64,000 bases of DNA. Origin: Felis catus (Eukaryota). The notes below the pieces were generated by a model that searched no databases, had not been told where the DNA came from, and was given only the letters and a program-made list of their open reading frames with translations. Shown here piece by piece: positions 25,461 through 38,891 of this stretch. The DNA is taken from assembly GCF_018350175.1 (NCBI RefSeq), contig NC_058368.1, positions 79,610,001 to 79,674,000 of the forward strand, written 5' to 3'. The translations under genes were made by a program, and so were the position numbers. Positions within the stretch are counted from its first letter, which is position 1, and every line of letters begins with the position of its first letter.

Positions 25461-28400
25461 ACCCGTTTTGTGGGCTTGTCCCGAAGGATGCTCTGATTTT
25501 CTTGTTATTTTCAAGCTGGTGGAAACTCACCGTGCTGTCTTGGAGAGTCCTATTGTCTTTTTGACCGTATGATAGAGTTTACCATTCTGTGTCCATAGGG
25601 ACAGATGCACACTTTTCTCTGTGGGTGGGAAAACGGACTCCCCAGTCGGTAGTACTGAAAATGGGCCATGAATTTTCACGTGGAAAGTTACTGGCCTGAG
25701 TACATCAGGATGATGGCGGTGCATGGGTTCCTGTGCTCACTTGCTTGTGTGCGCATTCATCAAGCACTTGTTGCCAGGGAGTGGGAAAGAGAATATTCAG
25801 GGCCTCTGTGTAAGCGGAGGGGAATTCCTAGGGGTTGCCGAATGAATGGGAAGGAATTGAAACACAGCGGTAATAAGCCTGGCATTTACAGGAACGTACC
25901 AGGGCAGGCGCAAGTCTCTCTAAACAGCAGACCCCAAGGTCTTGGAAATGAATGAGAAACAGGAGGTGTGCACGTCACGACTCCTTGGCTTGCAGCTGAC
26001 CCAACTCGAGCTGAAGTCACTGGAATGGAATATGAAACGGAACTTCCCCAGGGCCTTGGAGATTCAGGGCGGCGGGGCAGGGTTGCCTTCATTGCTAATG
26101 GGAAAAACCACAGGGCTTGCCAAATGTCCTTTCTGAGATCCTTTGCCCGTTGCCCACCGCCAGCCGCTGTAAAAGAAGACAGGACATTCGAGGACTGGCT
26201 AGGGAGCTTGCTTTCCTGGAAGAGAGTGGCTGGTCTGGTTTGGGTTTTACCGCCTTTGTTCCCCCAAGTCCAGTGAGGAGTCTTTAAGCAACAAGATGAA
26301 CTTTCAGGAAGGGGAGGCTTTCTGTGAAATCTCACAGGTGGGCGTGGCATTAAGAGGTGCTTGCCAGGATCTTCCGGGGGGCTGAGAACCATCGCCTTGA
26401 ACTGGCGGGCGTATTCGAACAAAGAGGTCAACTCTTACCTCAACAAGCAGGAAGGCAGAATGCTTAGAGCAGCCCATGATGGCGGGAGCAGATGTGGGAG
26501 ACACTTGCTTTTCCCAGATTTGGTGGTGGCTGGGGGAGTGAGCTGAGTTTCCTCCTTGTCCAGATGGATATACCAGGGTCAGTCACTGAGCTGGAGCCTG
26601 ACTAAAAGACTTCTCCCAGGAGGACCGCAGGGGAAAAGCCGTGCCAGGAGACGGTCTTCAGCGGAGGGTGGGCTCTCCTAAAACCAGAATCCAGAGACAC
26701 ACCCCCAGACAGAAAGAGTAAGCAACCAGATTATGAACTGTGTCCAAGTAGGACTTCCCCCTTCTCTTCCGAAGCAGCCAGAGTAGCAAGGGGCAAGACA
26801 GACAGAACCCCAGGAGTGGAGGGACAAGTGCCAAGCCTGGGATTTCAGGGGTCCCTGCGCTGGGAAGCTGAAGTGTCTGAACAGGAAGGCGCAGTAAGGT
26901 TTGGTTTTAGACCGGGGGTAAGACTTTTGATGTCTGCGAATGGGAGCCTTCCAATCACCAAGAGTGACAGAAGAGACATGGGACCTGGTTAAGGTATCTT
27001 TAGGAGGCAGAGATGGGAAAAGATGTAGAAGGTGTTCAAGATCAGCGATACCCTTGACCGCACTGGCTTAATGAGCAGCAGGATTGCCTGGCCTCCGGCT
27101 CTAAGCCCAGCGCTAGAACGGACTGAGCACACGTTTGGAATCTGGAGCTTGCGTGGCATGGTACAATCTGCTCTCTCTTCTTGCCTCCCTCCCCGCCCCT
27201 CTCATTTTTTCTGGTTGGCTCTATTGTCTCCTGCTGCAAAGAGGCTCTCCCAGCGTAGGAAGGATAGGTCCCGACAGCCTCCCGCCTTTAAGGCTGGTGA
27301 TTCTAAGGGGGAGGCGCCTGTCTCTTCCCACGTGTGCGCCATTTGTCACACAAGGACTCTCCCTGGCCCTGCCTGGTGTTGTCTCTGCCCCTTGAACCTG
27401 TCCTTGCAGACGGCAAGTGAGACACCAGGACGGCCAGCCTCAGTCAGTGGCCGGGGACTGTGGCCCCAGAGTTAACCATCCAGTAGAAAGAGACATGTGG
27501 GGGCCAACGAAATAACAGTTATCCCTTGTTTGGAGAGCTGGTGGGTGAAAGCACAGTTGGGCCTAAGCAGAGTGCCACGGGAGCAGTCTGAGGTCACAGG
27601 ACACAAAAGGCTCCAGATTCAATGTGGCCGCCATCGTCACTGGAGCAGAAATGAGCTCCCACCTCTCCAGTCTGGGAACCATGGAGCCTGGAGCTGACAG
27701 ATGCCGACGGGGGGCAACTAGAAGTACTGAGTTTACGTTAACATTCTCAAAATAGGTAAACTGCCCAGGAGAACAGTGAACTGAAGGTCGACAATACAGG
27801 TGCTCAGCCAGGCTGGAAATTCCAGCCCACTCCAAAGTCGCTTACTGAAACAGAACCGCGCACTCTCTATGGCCAATAGTGCAGATTACCTCACATATGA
27901 CGAATATTTTTCTTCCGTGTGAGGCAGCCCAGGGAATGCAAGGGAACGCACGGTCCGTAAATTATCACCAGGCAGCTGGCATACATTTAATGCAAATGAC
28001 TACATGAGATACAGCCCTTTTGCCCACACCCATCCTGCTTCCAGAAACCACCTCGCAGCTCTGCGTTTGCGGACATTACCGGAAGACGCAATCATGATGG
28101 TTGTCTTTCCCCTTCTGTGTAAAGGTGCAATTTAGTGGGAAAAGCAAATAGGCCAAAATTGAACATAGATACAACAATATGGTTCCTTTTCATTCTAATA
28201 ATATTTGGTTATTAAAATGTGTTCTCGGAAGCAAACCGTCCCAACAACCGATCACAGACGCCTTAAAGGAGCTGCATTTCAAATGGGGATGTATGTGTCT
28301 CCATCATGTGTGTGACAGATGCTGAGGTCCAGCGAGTCAGAGATGTGGCACGACACCAGCCAACAAGCAAGGCCGTGAATTTTACTTTTGCTTCTGCGAT

Positions 28401-29047
28401 CTAGCGGCTGTGCGGTTATGGGCAGCGTGCTCACGCTAAGTATTTCCTCATCTAAACACACGCACAGATGCTGGCGAAGGCTTTTTCCTGGTCTGGAAAA
28501 TTACATTCCCCTAACGTGTTCAAACCCAGAGCTCTAATTTTGTGAGAAATGTAGCTTTGGGGCTGTTATTATTTCCATTTCAGAGTTACTAGGCAAAAAT
28601 TATACGTGGGGTACTCTGCCAGGAATTGGAAAATGCAAAGCAACTTAGTGGGGCTCAGCGTTCACTGCTGCTCCCAGGTCCTCATCATCACTCAAGCCAT
28701 GGCTTCTGCACCCAACTGGAAAACTGCAGTCAACATAAGACCAGCACGGCCTCCCACCTACTGCCCACCGCCTTGCACCCTGTCCCTCACTCGCTTGTAC
28801 ATACATGCAATTCCCGTAACACACCCACCTGTGCATACGTGCAATTCCCCACCCTTGGGAAGCTCCACCCGATAGCTAAGGGCATCCAGAGAACACACAG
28901 ACCACACTGCCGGGTCTCTCACCAACTTCCCCAGCACGGACAGCATGGGAGCCCCGGCAGCTGCACAGCTAGCTGTCCAGTGTCCCTGTGATCCAGGTCC
29001 CCTCTGCCCACCCCCAACACCCCTCCACCACCCTCACTCTTGGATCA

Positions 29048-29446
29048 TGTGTGAGTTTCCCCAGGCCTGCGGTGCCAACACACTGCCATCGGGGGGACTT
29101 AGAACAAAAGACGTGTGTTCTCTCGCGGTCTAGAGGTCAGAAGTCTTCATCAGGATGGGGGGAGGGCCATGGCTCCCTCTGAAGGCTCCAGAGGAGGATC
29201 CTTCCTGCCACACCCTTGGTGTGAAGATCCAGTGCCCCAACCCCTGCCTGTCTTCACGTGAGGTTCTCCCTGCGTGTCTCTTCCTGGAAGGTGATTGGTC
29301 ACACTGGACTGGGGTCCACCCTAATGACTTCACCTTAACCTGATCACATCTGCCAAGATCCTATTTCCAAATAAGGTCCTATTCATAGGTACTGGGGGAT
29401 GGAACTTCCTCGTATCTTTTTGAGGGACACAATTCAATCCCCTACA
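29048..29446 (-). mobile_element. MaLR (MLT1-type) solo LTR
   Basis: tctagaggtcagaagtc, cacatctgccaagatcctatttccaaataaggtc, gggacacaattcaatcccctaca. Confidence 0.88.
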
Positions 29447-29489
29447 AGCAAGATGGTGCCTTTTTGTTCCTCCTGCATAGACTATTTTC

Positions 29490-29950
29490 AGATCTCCACT
29501 TGGCTCTCTCTTTCATTCTGGGGAGAAAATCCAAGGGCTATGCGGTAGCCTACAAGGACCTCTTCCCCCATGTCTTCTAACTCTTCCCCTCTCTGCTCCT
29601 GCTACATCCACAGACTTGGTGTCTTGGCACCCCGGGGGGCCATGACTGCACCTTGCTGACCCTACCCTGACATCCTCCTGTCTCCTTGAAAGCTTTGATA
29701 GAATTCCACCTTCGCTGATTCTCTTTACCATCTTCTGCTCTGTCTTTCATAACACAGGTCACCTTGTACCTTGTAATATATGTTTATTAATGATCTCTAC
29801 TGTTGGCAGTGCATTCCCATGGGGAAGAGAGACTCCACATCTTTTGTGCTCACCAACTTGCTGATTGTCTGGAGTCTAGTGGCCTTCAGTAGCCATGTAA
29901 CTTACCAATGTACATGGCAACTCGTTCCAACATTTCTTGGAATTGATCAA
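29490..29950 (+). mobile_element. L2 remnant
   Basis: ctccacttgg and decayed L2 3'-end motifs. Confidence 0.4.
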
Positions 29951-31694
29951 AAACTTTGGAGGACCTACCTCCTTGGAAAAAATTATTGGTTTCTATTTTT
30001 GTTCAAAATGATGTAATGAGCCACAAGTTAAGTATAGCACTTTGAAAATATGTATGTGTATGTGTGTGCATGTGTGTATAATAACATATATGTAAAATGT
30101 TGAGAATGTATTATTTTGGTCAAGAGTAAAAGAGTTGATGGATTTCATTAGTTAAATTTGCAAGTGAAATATGGAGTTATTCAAAAGTTTTAAAGGTACA
30201 TTTTACTCTTTTTTTTTTTGTCCCTAGAAACAACACACGGGGTTGAGGGGCTTTGTTGCTGTGTTTTCAGTGAAGTCACTAATATTCATGCATCTCAAGA
30301 CGCTTTCCTCAAGCATTTATCTATTTTTCAATTTGAGTACCATTGAGACAATATTCCCGCTCATTAAAGGCATAGTTAGGAAAATTTCTGTAGCGCGTTA
30401 AATTACATGAAGTGGCAGTAAATATTTGTTGGTCAGATTTCAAATAGGAAATAGAACTTGGGGAATGGGGAGCTCTCGGCATCGAAGATTCTATCACATG
30501 AAAGTATTCCAGAGTGCGTGGATTCCCGTAGGGAAAATGTGTCTCTGTGGGCCATTTGAAGTAAATATTCAATTTAATAAATAAAGGATGTGGTTGCAAA
30601 AATAATTAGGAATGACAATTTCTTTTAAATAACATTCCATATGCAAATAACTTCCATAAGTAGATTTATATAAGTACCTTAAAATATTCCAGGTTGGAAC
30701 GATTTAATATTATTCATAGTGAGGATGATGTGTGCGCAGAAGGACTTTTCAGTCTAGAAAACCATTCTATGCGTAGGTATTAGAAAGGCACTGACTGATC
30801 AGACAAAGGGTCAACCTTGAATAACAATGAGACCAAACACATGCCTTTGGTTTACTTGTATTTGTGGTTGTTGCCCCCTCCCCCCACCAACACAACACTT
30901 AACCCGGTAGTTAAAACAGTCCTGTTGAGTCATAGGTGGGATCGATCAAGTACAAACCTGCTTCAAGGGAACAGAGCTCCAGTTATGACACAAACATTAT
31001 CAGAGGGAGGGTGTTTCTCTTGGTATAAGTTTAAGAGCAGTGTCTTCCCTCTGTCCAATGCTTACAGCAGGAAATAAGCCTCTGTCCTAAAGAGGCATTT
31101 AAAATCATATCAGACGTGCTCAATTACATCACCGTGAGTATCCTCGCGTGGTTGTGGGAGGACAACATGCCCATAACTTAGAAACCACGGGAAATGTCTT
31201 GTTGAATGTTAGGGCAAGCGGGAAGACTTGGCTCTTGTTTTCCTTGGAAAGCTCCTTAAATTTGAGCACTCGCACCACTTGATAAATAATAGAGGAGCAT
31301 CCGTGATAAGAAGTTTCAAGACATCTTTGCTTATTCACCTGAAGCCAATTTCTCCAAAAAATTTTCATCCAAAGTGTTCTGCGCAAGACACGGAATCAGG
31401 TAGAAACACGTTACGAGCCAATGACAGGCTCCCCTATGCACTTAATAAACTGCTGACGTCTTATGTCGTGTTTATATCCAGAATCTGTCGTTGCACCAAA
31501 CCAAGTAAATGCTTTGGAATAAATAAAACAGGCATGGTCTTGTCATCTGACGTGGCGATTGGAAGAGGGATTACAGTCAAGCATACTAATGGAATGATGG
31601 AACTTGGAATTGTCCTCTGAGGCCACACCAACACGTGGGCTGGGCGTGTGGGGGTCCGGGAGCCTGGGGTAATCTGCAAGGGCTCAGTGTGTCC

Positions 31695-31790
31695 ACATCT
31701 TCCTAGCTCTGTGACTTTGGGTAAGTTAATTAATCTCTCAAGGCCTCAGTCCCTTCATCTGTAAAATAAGTGTGTTGATAGTGTACCTTT
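31695..31790 (+). mobile_element. MIR core
   Basis: ctagctctgtgactttgggtaagttaattaatctctc...cctcagtcccttcatctgtaaaat. Confidence 0.85.
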
Positions 31791-32827
31791 ATAACATCAA
31801 GCACGTAAGTAACACAATGCTTACCCCTTACGTTCTCAGTAAGCCAAAGCTCTTATGGTTTTATAGACTGAATAAATTCCATTTCTCATATATGTCCGAT
31901 GGTAATCTCAGAATTTTCAGATGGTATTGTGATTACTGCATTACACGTAAACTTACCACAAGTCCCAATGACATGTATGTATCAGCCAAGGACATACGGC
32001 ATTCTTCAGAGACAAGGTCAGTGTCCAGCCTGCAGAATCCCCACTTTGCTGTATCTCACTGGGCCTCTCAGAGCAGAGGATTGGGGAATCGATTCAGTGT
32101 CCTTACCATAGAGAGCCCACTGGTGATCAGGGTCATGGTCGTTCTCAGATCCAAACTTCGAACAACGGTATCGATCCTACTTTTTACTATAAGCACATCA
32201 TAGGGTTAATGTGAGAGTAATTTTCAAGTCTGAAAATTCACTGTTAAGTTGATATTTTAATAACTGGGTCCATACAGATCAAATGAGATTCGTCAGAATA
32301 GCAACGCAATTTAACAAATTAGTTTTGTTTGCATACAAGACGGTAGTTTTATCCTGGTTTAAACACCTACGATGTTTACGTTTATCTGTATTACTAAATA
32401 TTTTCAAAACATTCCCCCCCGTGACTTCATTAATTGGAGCCTGAGCTTCTGAGGCAGGAGACAAGGTACCATTATGGCCTGAGTCAAATAAAACTTAAGC
32501 AAACTTGTTGACAAACATTTTCATTATTGCCAGAACTCGATTGCTGTAATAGTACTAAGAAGCCCATAAATCACTTAAGACTGTGCGTTCTGCACTTCCC
32601 CCAAGAAACCTCCATGGAAAACACTGTAAATGGTGTGTAGCTTCTGATGGATCACATCACTCCCTTTCCTAATGTGAGGTTGAGCTTCTCATTATTAAGC
32701 GGTCCTCCGCCAATACAGCTGTTGGCCTAGCGGTCAATTAAATTTCAAATGGACTTCAAAGGCCAGGATTAGTTATTTCCCTTTACTCTCAATTCTCCAG
32801 TAATAATTTACTCAAATCCCCAAGACA

Positions 32828-33041
32828 TTTTTATTTTTTAAAAATGTTTATTTGTTTTGAGAGGAAGAGAGAGCACGAGCAGGGTAGGGGCAGAGAGAGA
32901 GGCAGAGAGGGAATCCCAAGCAGGCTCCATGCTGTCAGCACAGAGCCCAACTCGGGGCTTAAACCCACAAACTAAGAGATCATGACCTGAGCCAGAGATC
33001 AAGAGTCGGACGCCCAACCGACTGAGCCACCCAGGTGCCCC
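32828..33041 (-). mobile_element. CanSINE
   Basis: Antisense SINE body. Confidence 0.93.
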
Positions 33042-33146
33042 CCACACCCTGCAAGAAAATTTCAAATGTACTTCATTTCCAATGGGGGTTTAAGAATTTT
33101 AAAAGCACTGTTTTCCAAAACAGTTTTAATGCTGAGCCTTTCTAAA

Positions 33147-33351
33147 ATTTTTTTAATGTTTATTTATTTTTGAGAGAGAGACAGAGTGCAAGCAGGGGAG
33201 GGGCAGAGAGAGAGGGGGACACAGAATCCAAAGCAGGCTCCAGGCTCCGAGCTGTCTGCACAAAGCCCAACGCGCGTCTCGAACTCACAAACCGCGAGAC
33301 AGCGACCTGAGCCGAAGTCGGATGCTTACGCGACTGAGCCCCCCAGGCACC
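33147..33351 (-). mobile_element. CanSINE with 19-bp TSD
   Basis: aatgctgagcctttctaaa at 33128-33146 and 33352-33370. Confidence 0.95.
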
Positions 33352-34999
33352 AATGCTGAGCCTTTCTAAATAGCAGATCTGACAACGATGAGAAGGACCA
33401 CAGGGTTAGAAGTAACAGTGGCTGTGACCACTTGTCAGACCTGCCGTGTCTTCCTTGCAGTGTGGACGAGGCTCTCGCCCCGCGTTGAGGTTGCACACTC
33501 CTGGCCCGCGTGTCTCAGAGGGAAGAGCTCTGTGTGCACACCGCTGCATGGGCACAAATATTCTAATCAATGTGACCACTGTCAGCAAATACTTTACAGA
33601 GGAGTAGTGTTTAGGAAAACACTTGAAAATTTCTGGTTGGGTTTTCCCACCGTCATGTGATTTTGCTTATTTTGCACAGGACTTTAGTGCTAGTGGAAAA
33701 AAGTACCTGGATTTCCTACACCTCCAATCAAATGGATGAGGAAGGAGGGGCACCAACTCCCGCCTGTAGCCGCACCGTGAACCCAAGGAGCGTCCCCTGA
33801 TTAGCTGTGTTATGGTGACAGGGCCCCGTGCGCCACACTGCAAAGTACCTAGAAAGCCATGTTGTTTTAAAAGCCGGAATACTGTAAGCTTCTGCTCCAA
33901 GGTAATCTCTGATAAAAAAACAAGAAATCCATCTCAAGAGGTCTGTCACATACATACTTGAACATGGGTACTGCATGCAAAATGGCAAAAGACGTTGTGA
34001 AGTCCTGGGTGTCCCGGCCATAGGGTTGACGTGCAGGGACAGAGTGCCTCTGGCCACCCCGGGCTTCTCCGGGCTCCAGCATGACCCAGGCTGCTCCCCC
34101 CAGAGCTAGCGACCGCTGCCAGCCCACCTGGGCTGTGAAGGTGGGGGTCCCTGAGAAAGGTGGAGACAAGAGGCAAATCCCAACTAGAAGACTCCTGGGC
34201 TCTTTTAAAAAAAAAAAAATTTTTTTTTGGACGTAATTATAGAGAGAATCAAGGCATCGCATTGCAAAAATCATACAGAGAAGTCTCCCTACCTGCAGAG
34301 AAGCTGGTGGACGATGCATCAGCTTGAACACAGGACCTTCAATACGGGAGGCTTCCCAGGGATGCCCACGAGAGGCAGCCGTGGTGCTGGTGGGGAGGAG
34401 ATTGGGAAAGGGAGCTTTCAGTTGGTTGGGGGTTTCCAGCCCCTGGAAAAAAAAAAACACAAGCAAATCCATTTGTATTTTTATCAACACGTGTACCAAA
34501 TTACATATTACCCAGCATCAGTAAGTGAGGTTTTCCCCACGTGAGAATAAGTTGTCTGAGTAAGTAAAAATGCATCCTTCAGCCTCTGGTGTATTACTCT
34601 GGCCACTTACTGGAAAGTTTTCTAAATTGAAATGCAGAGCTCCCAGCCTCTTATACACTATATACCCCATGGGTAACTGAACCTGTTTTTCCTCACACAA
34701 TGTGTCCCCGTAAGAACATCACCCCCATGAGTTTGTAAAAGGAACTGGGTTGTAGGAGCACTTTTGCTTCCAACGAGCTGGACCACAAAACAGTGCTTTA
34801 GCAACCTCCTTGCTGTTTGAGGGTGCGACGTTGACCGAGAGGCATCTAGAACCGTCTTGATGGAGCCCCCCTGGGCTCCCTACCCTTCTCACTAGAGCAG
34901 GACTTCCTGTAACTTCACCGTTTGTTTTGTAGCATTAGAGACCTGTCTAGGACTTTGTTTGAGGGCAAGCCCTGCTGATAAGAAATATTTTGAAAACGA

Positions 35000-35195
35000 G
35001 GGCACCTGGGTGGCTCAGTCGGTTAAGCATCCGACTTCAGTTCAGGTCTTGAGTTCGTGGGTTCGAGCCCTGCGTCCGGCTCTGTGCCGACAGTTCAGAG
35101 CCTGCTTGGGATTCTGTCTCTCTCTCTCTCTCTCTCTCCCTCTGTCTCTCTCTTGCTCTCAAAAATAAATAAATAAACAGCTTTGGGAAAAGAAA
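35000..35195 (+). mobile_element. CanSINE
   Basis: gggcacctgggtggctcagtcgg head, (CT)n tract, A tail. Confidence 0.92.
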
Positions 35196-36384
35196 GAAAA
35201 ATTTTGAAATATTGTCCAACACACAGGACAATTTTACGAGCATGTGACCCTCTTTGCCGCAGGGCAGGGTTCCCAACCAGAACACTGGGATCCCCAGGCT
35301 TTTAAAGATGGCCCAGTAGACACTCCAGCTCACCACCCTTCGCCTCCTCCATGGGTTCTCCGCTTCTGGTGGCAACACTCTGGCCTCTTCTTCCCCGCTT
35401 GCAGATCTCACTGGACCCACACACCCTGGGGTGGAAGGCAAAACTCCCATCACAAGGAAGCGAAGGCCTATTGACCAACGGGAGCTGTGGTTCAAATCAA
35501 TGGCGTCAAACTACGAAGAGCTTGAATGAATAGTCAAGAAGCATCCAAGATTTGGGTTTTGAAAAACCCCCCACATCAGGGGGCGGCAGAATGAGGAACG
35601 GCCATGGCTGCTCAGGGTAAGGAAACTTCACCGGCTTTCTGTCAAATTCATTAACAAACGAGCGGTTGACGGAACACTCTTTCGACCCACCGTCTCATTC
35701 TGCAGGACGGGGCCTGCGTCTCCCGACTCCCCGGCACTGTTCACACCAACACCTGGGTCTTTCTTTCTTTTCTTAAACAGAATGGAACAGCTTGGGCCCC
35801 TCTTGCGGCTCAGTTTCCTTGGTTGCTGATGCGGTGGAAATGAGCCATATGCCTAATCATTTCAAGAAGTTTTTTTTTTAACTAGGCTTTTGGGGCAATT
35901 TACTCCAAAATCCACACTTTTTTCCCCATTGTCATCAAAAACTCATCATACTCCTGAGGACAAAATACCAAAGCACAGTTTAATCCAAATTGTTCTGGAT
36001 GTTATATTTTTAACAGAATCTGAGGCATACATAATATTAAAAATTATATCTCTGATGTTATAATGAGATTTATAAATCAGGCACACTCCCTGGATAATGG
36101 ATCGTATGGTTGTATGTCTTATGAGAGCTCTTCTGTGATAGTTCAGATTCCACATAACACTCTCGCCCAAGGAATAAATCAACGGGAAAATACTACGGCC
36201 AGGAAAATCAGTTAATGGAACCATTCTAAGAAAGTGCCCACCTGATCGCTTTATTTTTACCAGGTGAGGCTTTGATCCTGACCTGAACGTTCACTGAAAG
36301 TGAAATTATGGCACAACCAGTCAGAAAAACACATTGTCCATCTGTCCTTTTGCTTATCTTCAATAAGAAATAGGTTCAGGGAAG

Positions 36385-36585
36385 GGGTGCCCAGGGGCTC
36401 AGTCCATTAAGTGTTGGACTTTGGCTCAGGTCATGATCTTGCGGTCCGTGAGTTCAAGCCCCGCATTGGGCTCTGTGCTGACAGCTCAAAGCCTGGAGCC
36501 TGCTTCAGATTCTGTGTCTCCCTCTCTCTCTGCCCCTCCCCTGCTCACACTCTAGCCCTCTCTCTCAAGTATAAATAAATAAATA
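36385..36585 (+). mobile_element. CanSINE
   Basis: SINE body; aataagaaatagg/aataggaaatggg flanks. Confidence 0.92.
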
Positions 36586-38691
36586 GGAAATGGGTTTGGG
36601 GAGACGTCTTCGGATGCTCTAAAATGATTAACTTTTTAGACTCATAAGTTGTTGCTTTATGGCTTTCCATGACCATTCCACCCTTGTAAAAGCAGAATTT
36701 TGCAAACTAACCTCCTTTCATTAGCATTACAAGACTTGAGACCTTTCACCAAAATTCTTTCCGTCCACCTTCTGAGCCGGTCTGTGGATGATGGGACTCG
36801 CAATCTAATCCAGTCTGACACTGTTAAAGGAATTTTGCAATTATATCCATCCTCTTCCTCCCTCAAATTATAAAGAGTATCTTTGGTGTCATGTGTGTTA
36901 TTTCAGATTTATAAGTGACAAAATCGTTCTAGAAGCTTCCTGACAGCCATCAAAGATTAGCCATCCAATCAGGGAAGAGCCGTGACCCAGTGGAGGGAAA
37001 GAGAGATTAAATTGTAATTGGGCAGGGCTGGCCGTGGGACTCAGCACTCCCTCTGCCGTGTCGTTGGTGACCACTGCTCTCTCAGCCCTACCCCGTGGCC
37101 TGTTGAGCCCAGGAGCCCATGCAGCTTCTTGGGCTTTGGGCCTCCTCACAGCCACAGGCCTGCCTTAACCACAGCAGCAGCCTTTTGAGCTGATAGCCTC
37201 AGCCGGTCCATTAAGCTCTTCCAGTCTGCATGTGTCCCTGGCCCAGACCAAGGAAGACATAGCACCTTGGACCTGTAGCAGGTGGAGAGAGGCTTCTATT
37301 AAGCCTGGTTTCCTGCAAACCCCAGACCAAGGACAGATGCAACCGAGGAAAGAAAATGAGTTACTTCTTGAGGTGAGAATGAGCAATCGGCAAGAGCCAT
37401 CAAATGACCCACGCAAGAGAGCGAGAGAGCGAGAGAGCGAGAAAGCGAGAGAGCCGTGTTACCGGCAAAGCCCAGCTCCATGCCTCACATCTCAGCCACC
37501 TTCTGAGCAGCGCGGTCTTCTGCGTCCTGCTCCTCCCCCCTGCACCCCTGCATTCCGGCCTCAGGGCTTCTGCTCTCACCCTGCTTCCCAGGACAGGGAC
37601 ACTCATGCCGCGTCCCCTTTGGTCCTCACCAACGCTGGCATTTGTTGGACGCTCGCCCCCTGCCAGGCAGCCTACCTTGACCAATGATGTCCACACTCCC
37701 ACCTCACCAAGATGCAGAGTCAGTGACCCAGCCTTGCGGAAGTGGAAATGGAGGCTCTGGCGTCTGCAACATCTGTGGTCACAGAACCCAAATAAGGGGC
37801 AGAACCAGTGAAAACCGGGGTCCGTCTGAGCCAAGAGCTGGATTCCAAAAACAATCCCCCAGATGGCCTCTTGCCACGACCTCTGGGGTCACCATGGAGC
37901 CTCCCCCGCCCCCAGGCCAACCCTCTGGCCATCGAAGGCTCCAGCAGAGCAGGTACTTTCTGGAGACCCCAGATCACAATGTGGTCTACAAACTCTGCCT
38001 CACCGTCTTCACCCGGAAAGGCCAAATCCGCTCTATTTCTCAACAATACTCAGCAATTGGTTAAAATAGTTTGTATGCCTTTAAAAACACAGTTTCAAAA
38101 AGAATTATGAACCGAACTTCCCTTTTCTGTTGTTGGATCCACAAAAAACAAAACCTCCCTTGACATCTTTGCACCCAAGCCTTCTTTTCACACACTAGTA
38201 GTGACAACAAGCAGAGAAACTCGAGTCCACAGAAATGCAGAACTTGAACAACAAAAGCCTAAAAGGGCACTTCCTGAGCAAATTTCCCTGAAGCGTCACC
38301 TTTGTCACCTTGCTGGGGTGGCCCCAGTGTCACAGACCCGGACCCGGCAGCTCGTGGAATCACTTGTTATTTGGTGGTTGTGGGACCGACACGTTCCTTC
38401 CGGTCATAGCTTCGTGTCAGCGTGGAGATGTGCGTGATTCCGTTTGCCTTTGGGAAGCCGTGTGTCAAAGACCTCGAGGAAATTAGGATTTCCAAATGAA
38501 AAGTTCATATGTGTCTCGCAGGTTGGACACAGCCGGTGAAAGTTACAAGGGGAGAGAAGGGGTGGTAAACATGCCTGATGAACTGTAGACCCACAGACTT
38601 CCTTCCCAGCACCGTAGGGAACACTCCATTTCACCAATGCTTTTATCTTGCATGGCAGAGGAGGGCACAGGTCTCCAGAATGCAGTTTGTC

Positions 38692-38891
38692 CTTTTTTGT
38701 TTGTATCTAAGAGAGAGAGAGAGAGAGAGGGAGCAGGGAAAATGAGCAGAAGGAAGGAGAGAGAGAATCTTAAGCAGGCTCCACACTCAGTGTGGAACCC
38801 AATGTGGGGCTCGATTCTATGACCCTGGGATCATGACCTGAGCCAAAATCAAGGGTCGGAGGCTGAACCGACTGAGCCACCCAGGTGCCCC
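38692..38891 (-). mobile_element. CanSINE
   Basis: Antisense SINE body; gaatgcagtt/gaacgcagtt flanks. Confidence 0.92.

Larger units (their letters stand above)
30678..36821 (-). other. Candidate multi-exon minus-strand transcript (lncRNA or decayed gene), unidentified
   Basis: AG/GT-bounded segments 34442-34293, 33908-33849, 32186/32176-32107, 32029/32003-31957, 31378-31339 and 30753-30678, plus upstream candidates near 36290 and 36820. Confidence 0.3.

Noticed and set aside
25840..27000. Possible ancient LTR-like purine-rich segment
   Set aside because: No TG…CA termini or diagnostic motifs that I could fix.
30321..30599. 92-aa minus-strand ORF with protein-like composition
   Set aside because: Non-ATG start, no convincing splice acceptor and no recognisable homology.
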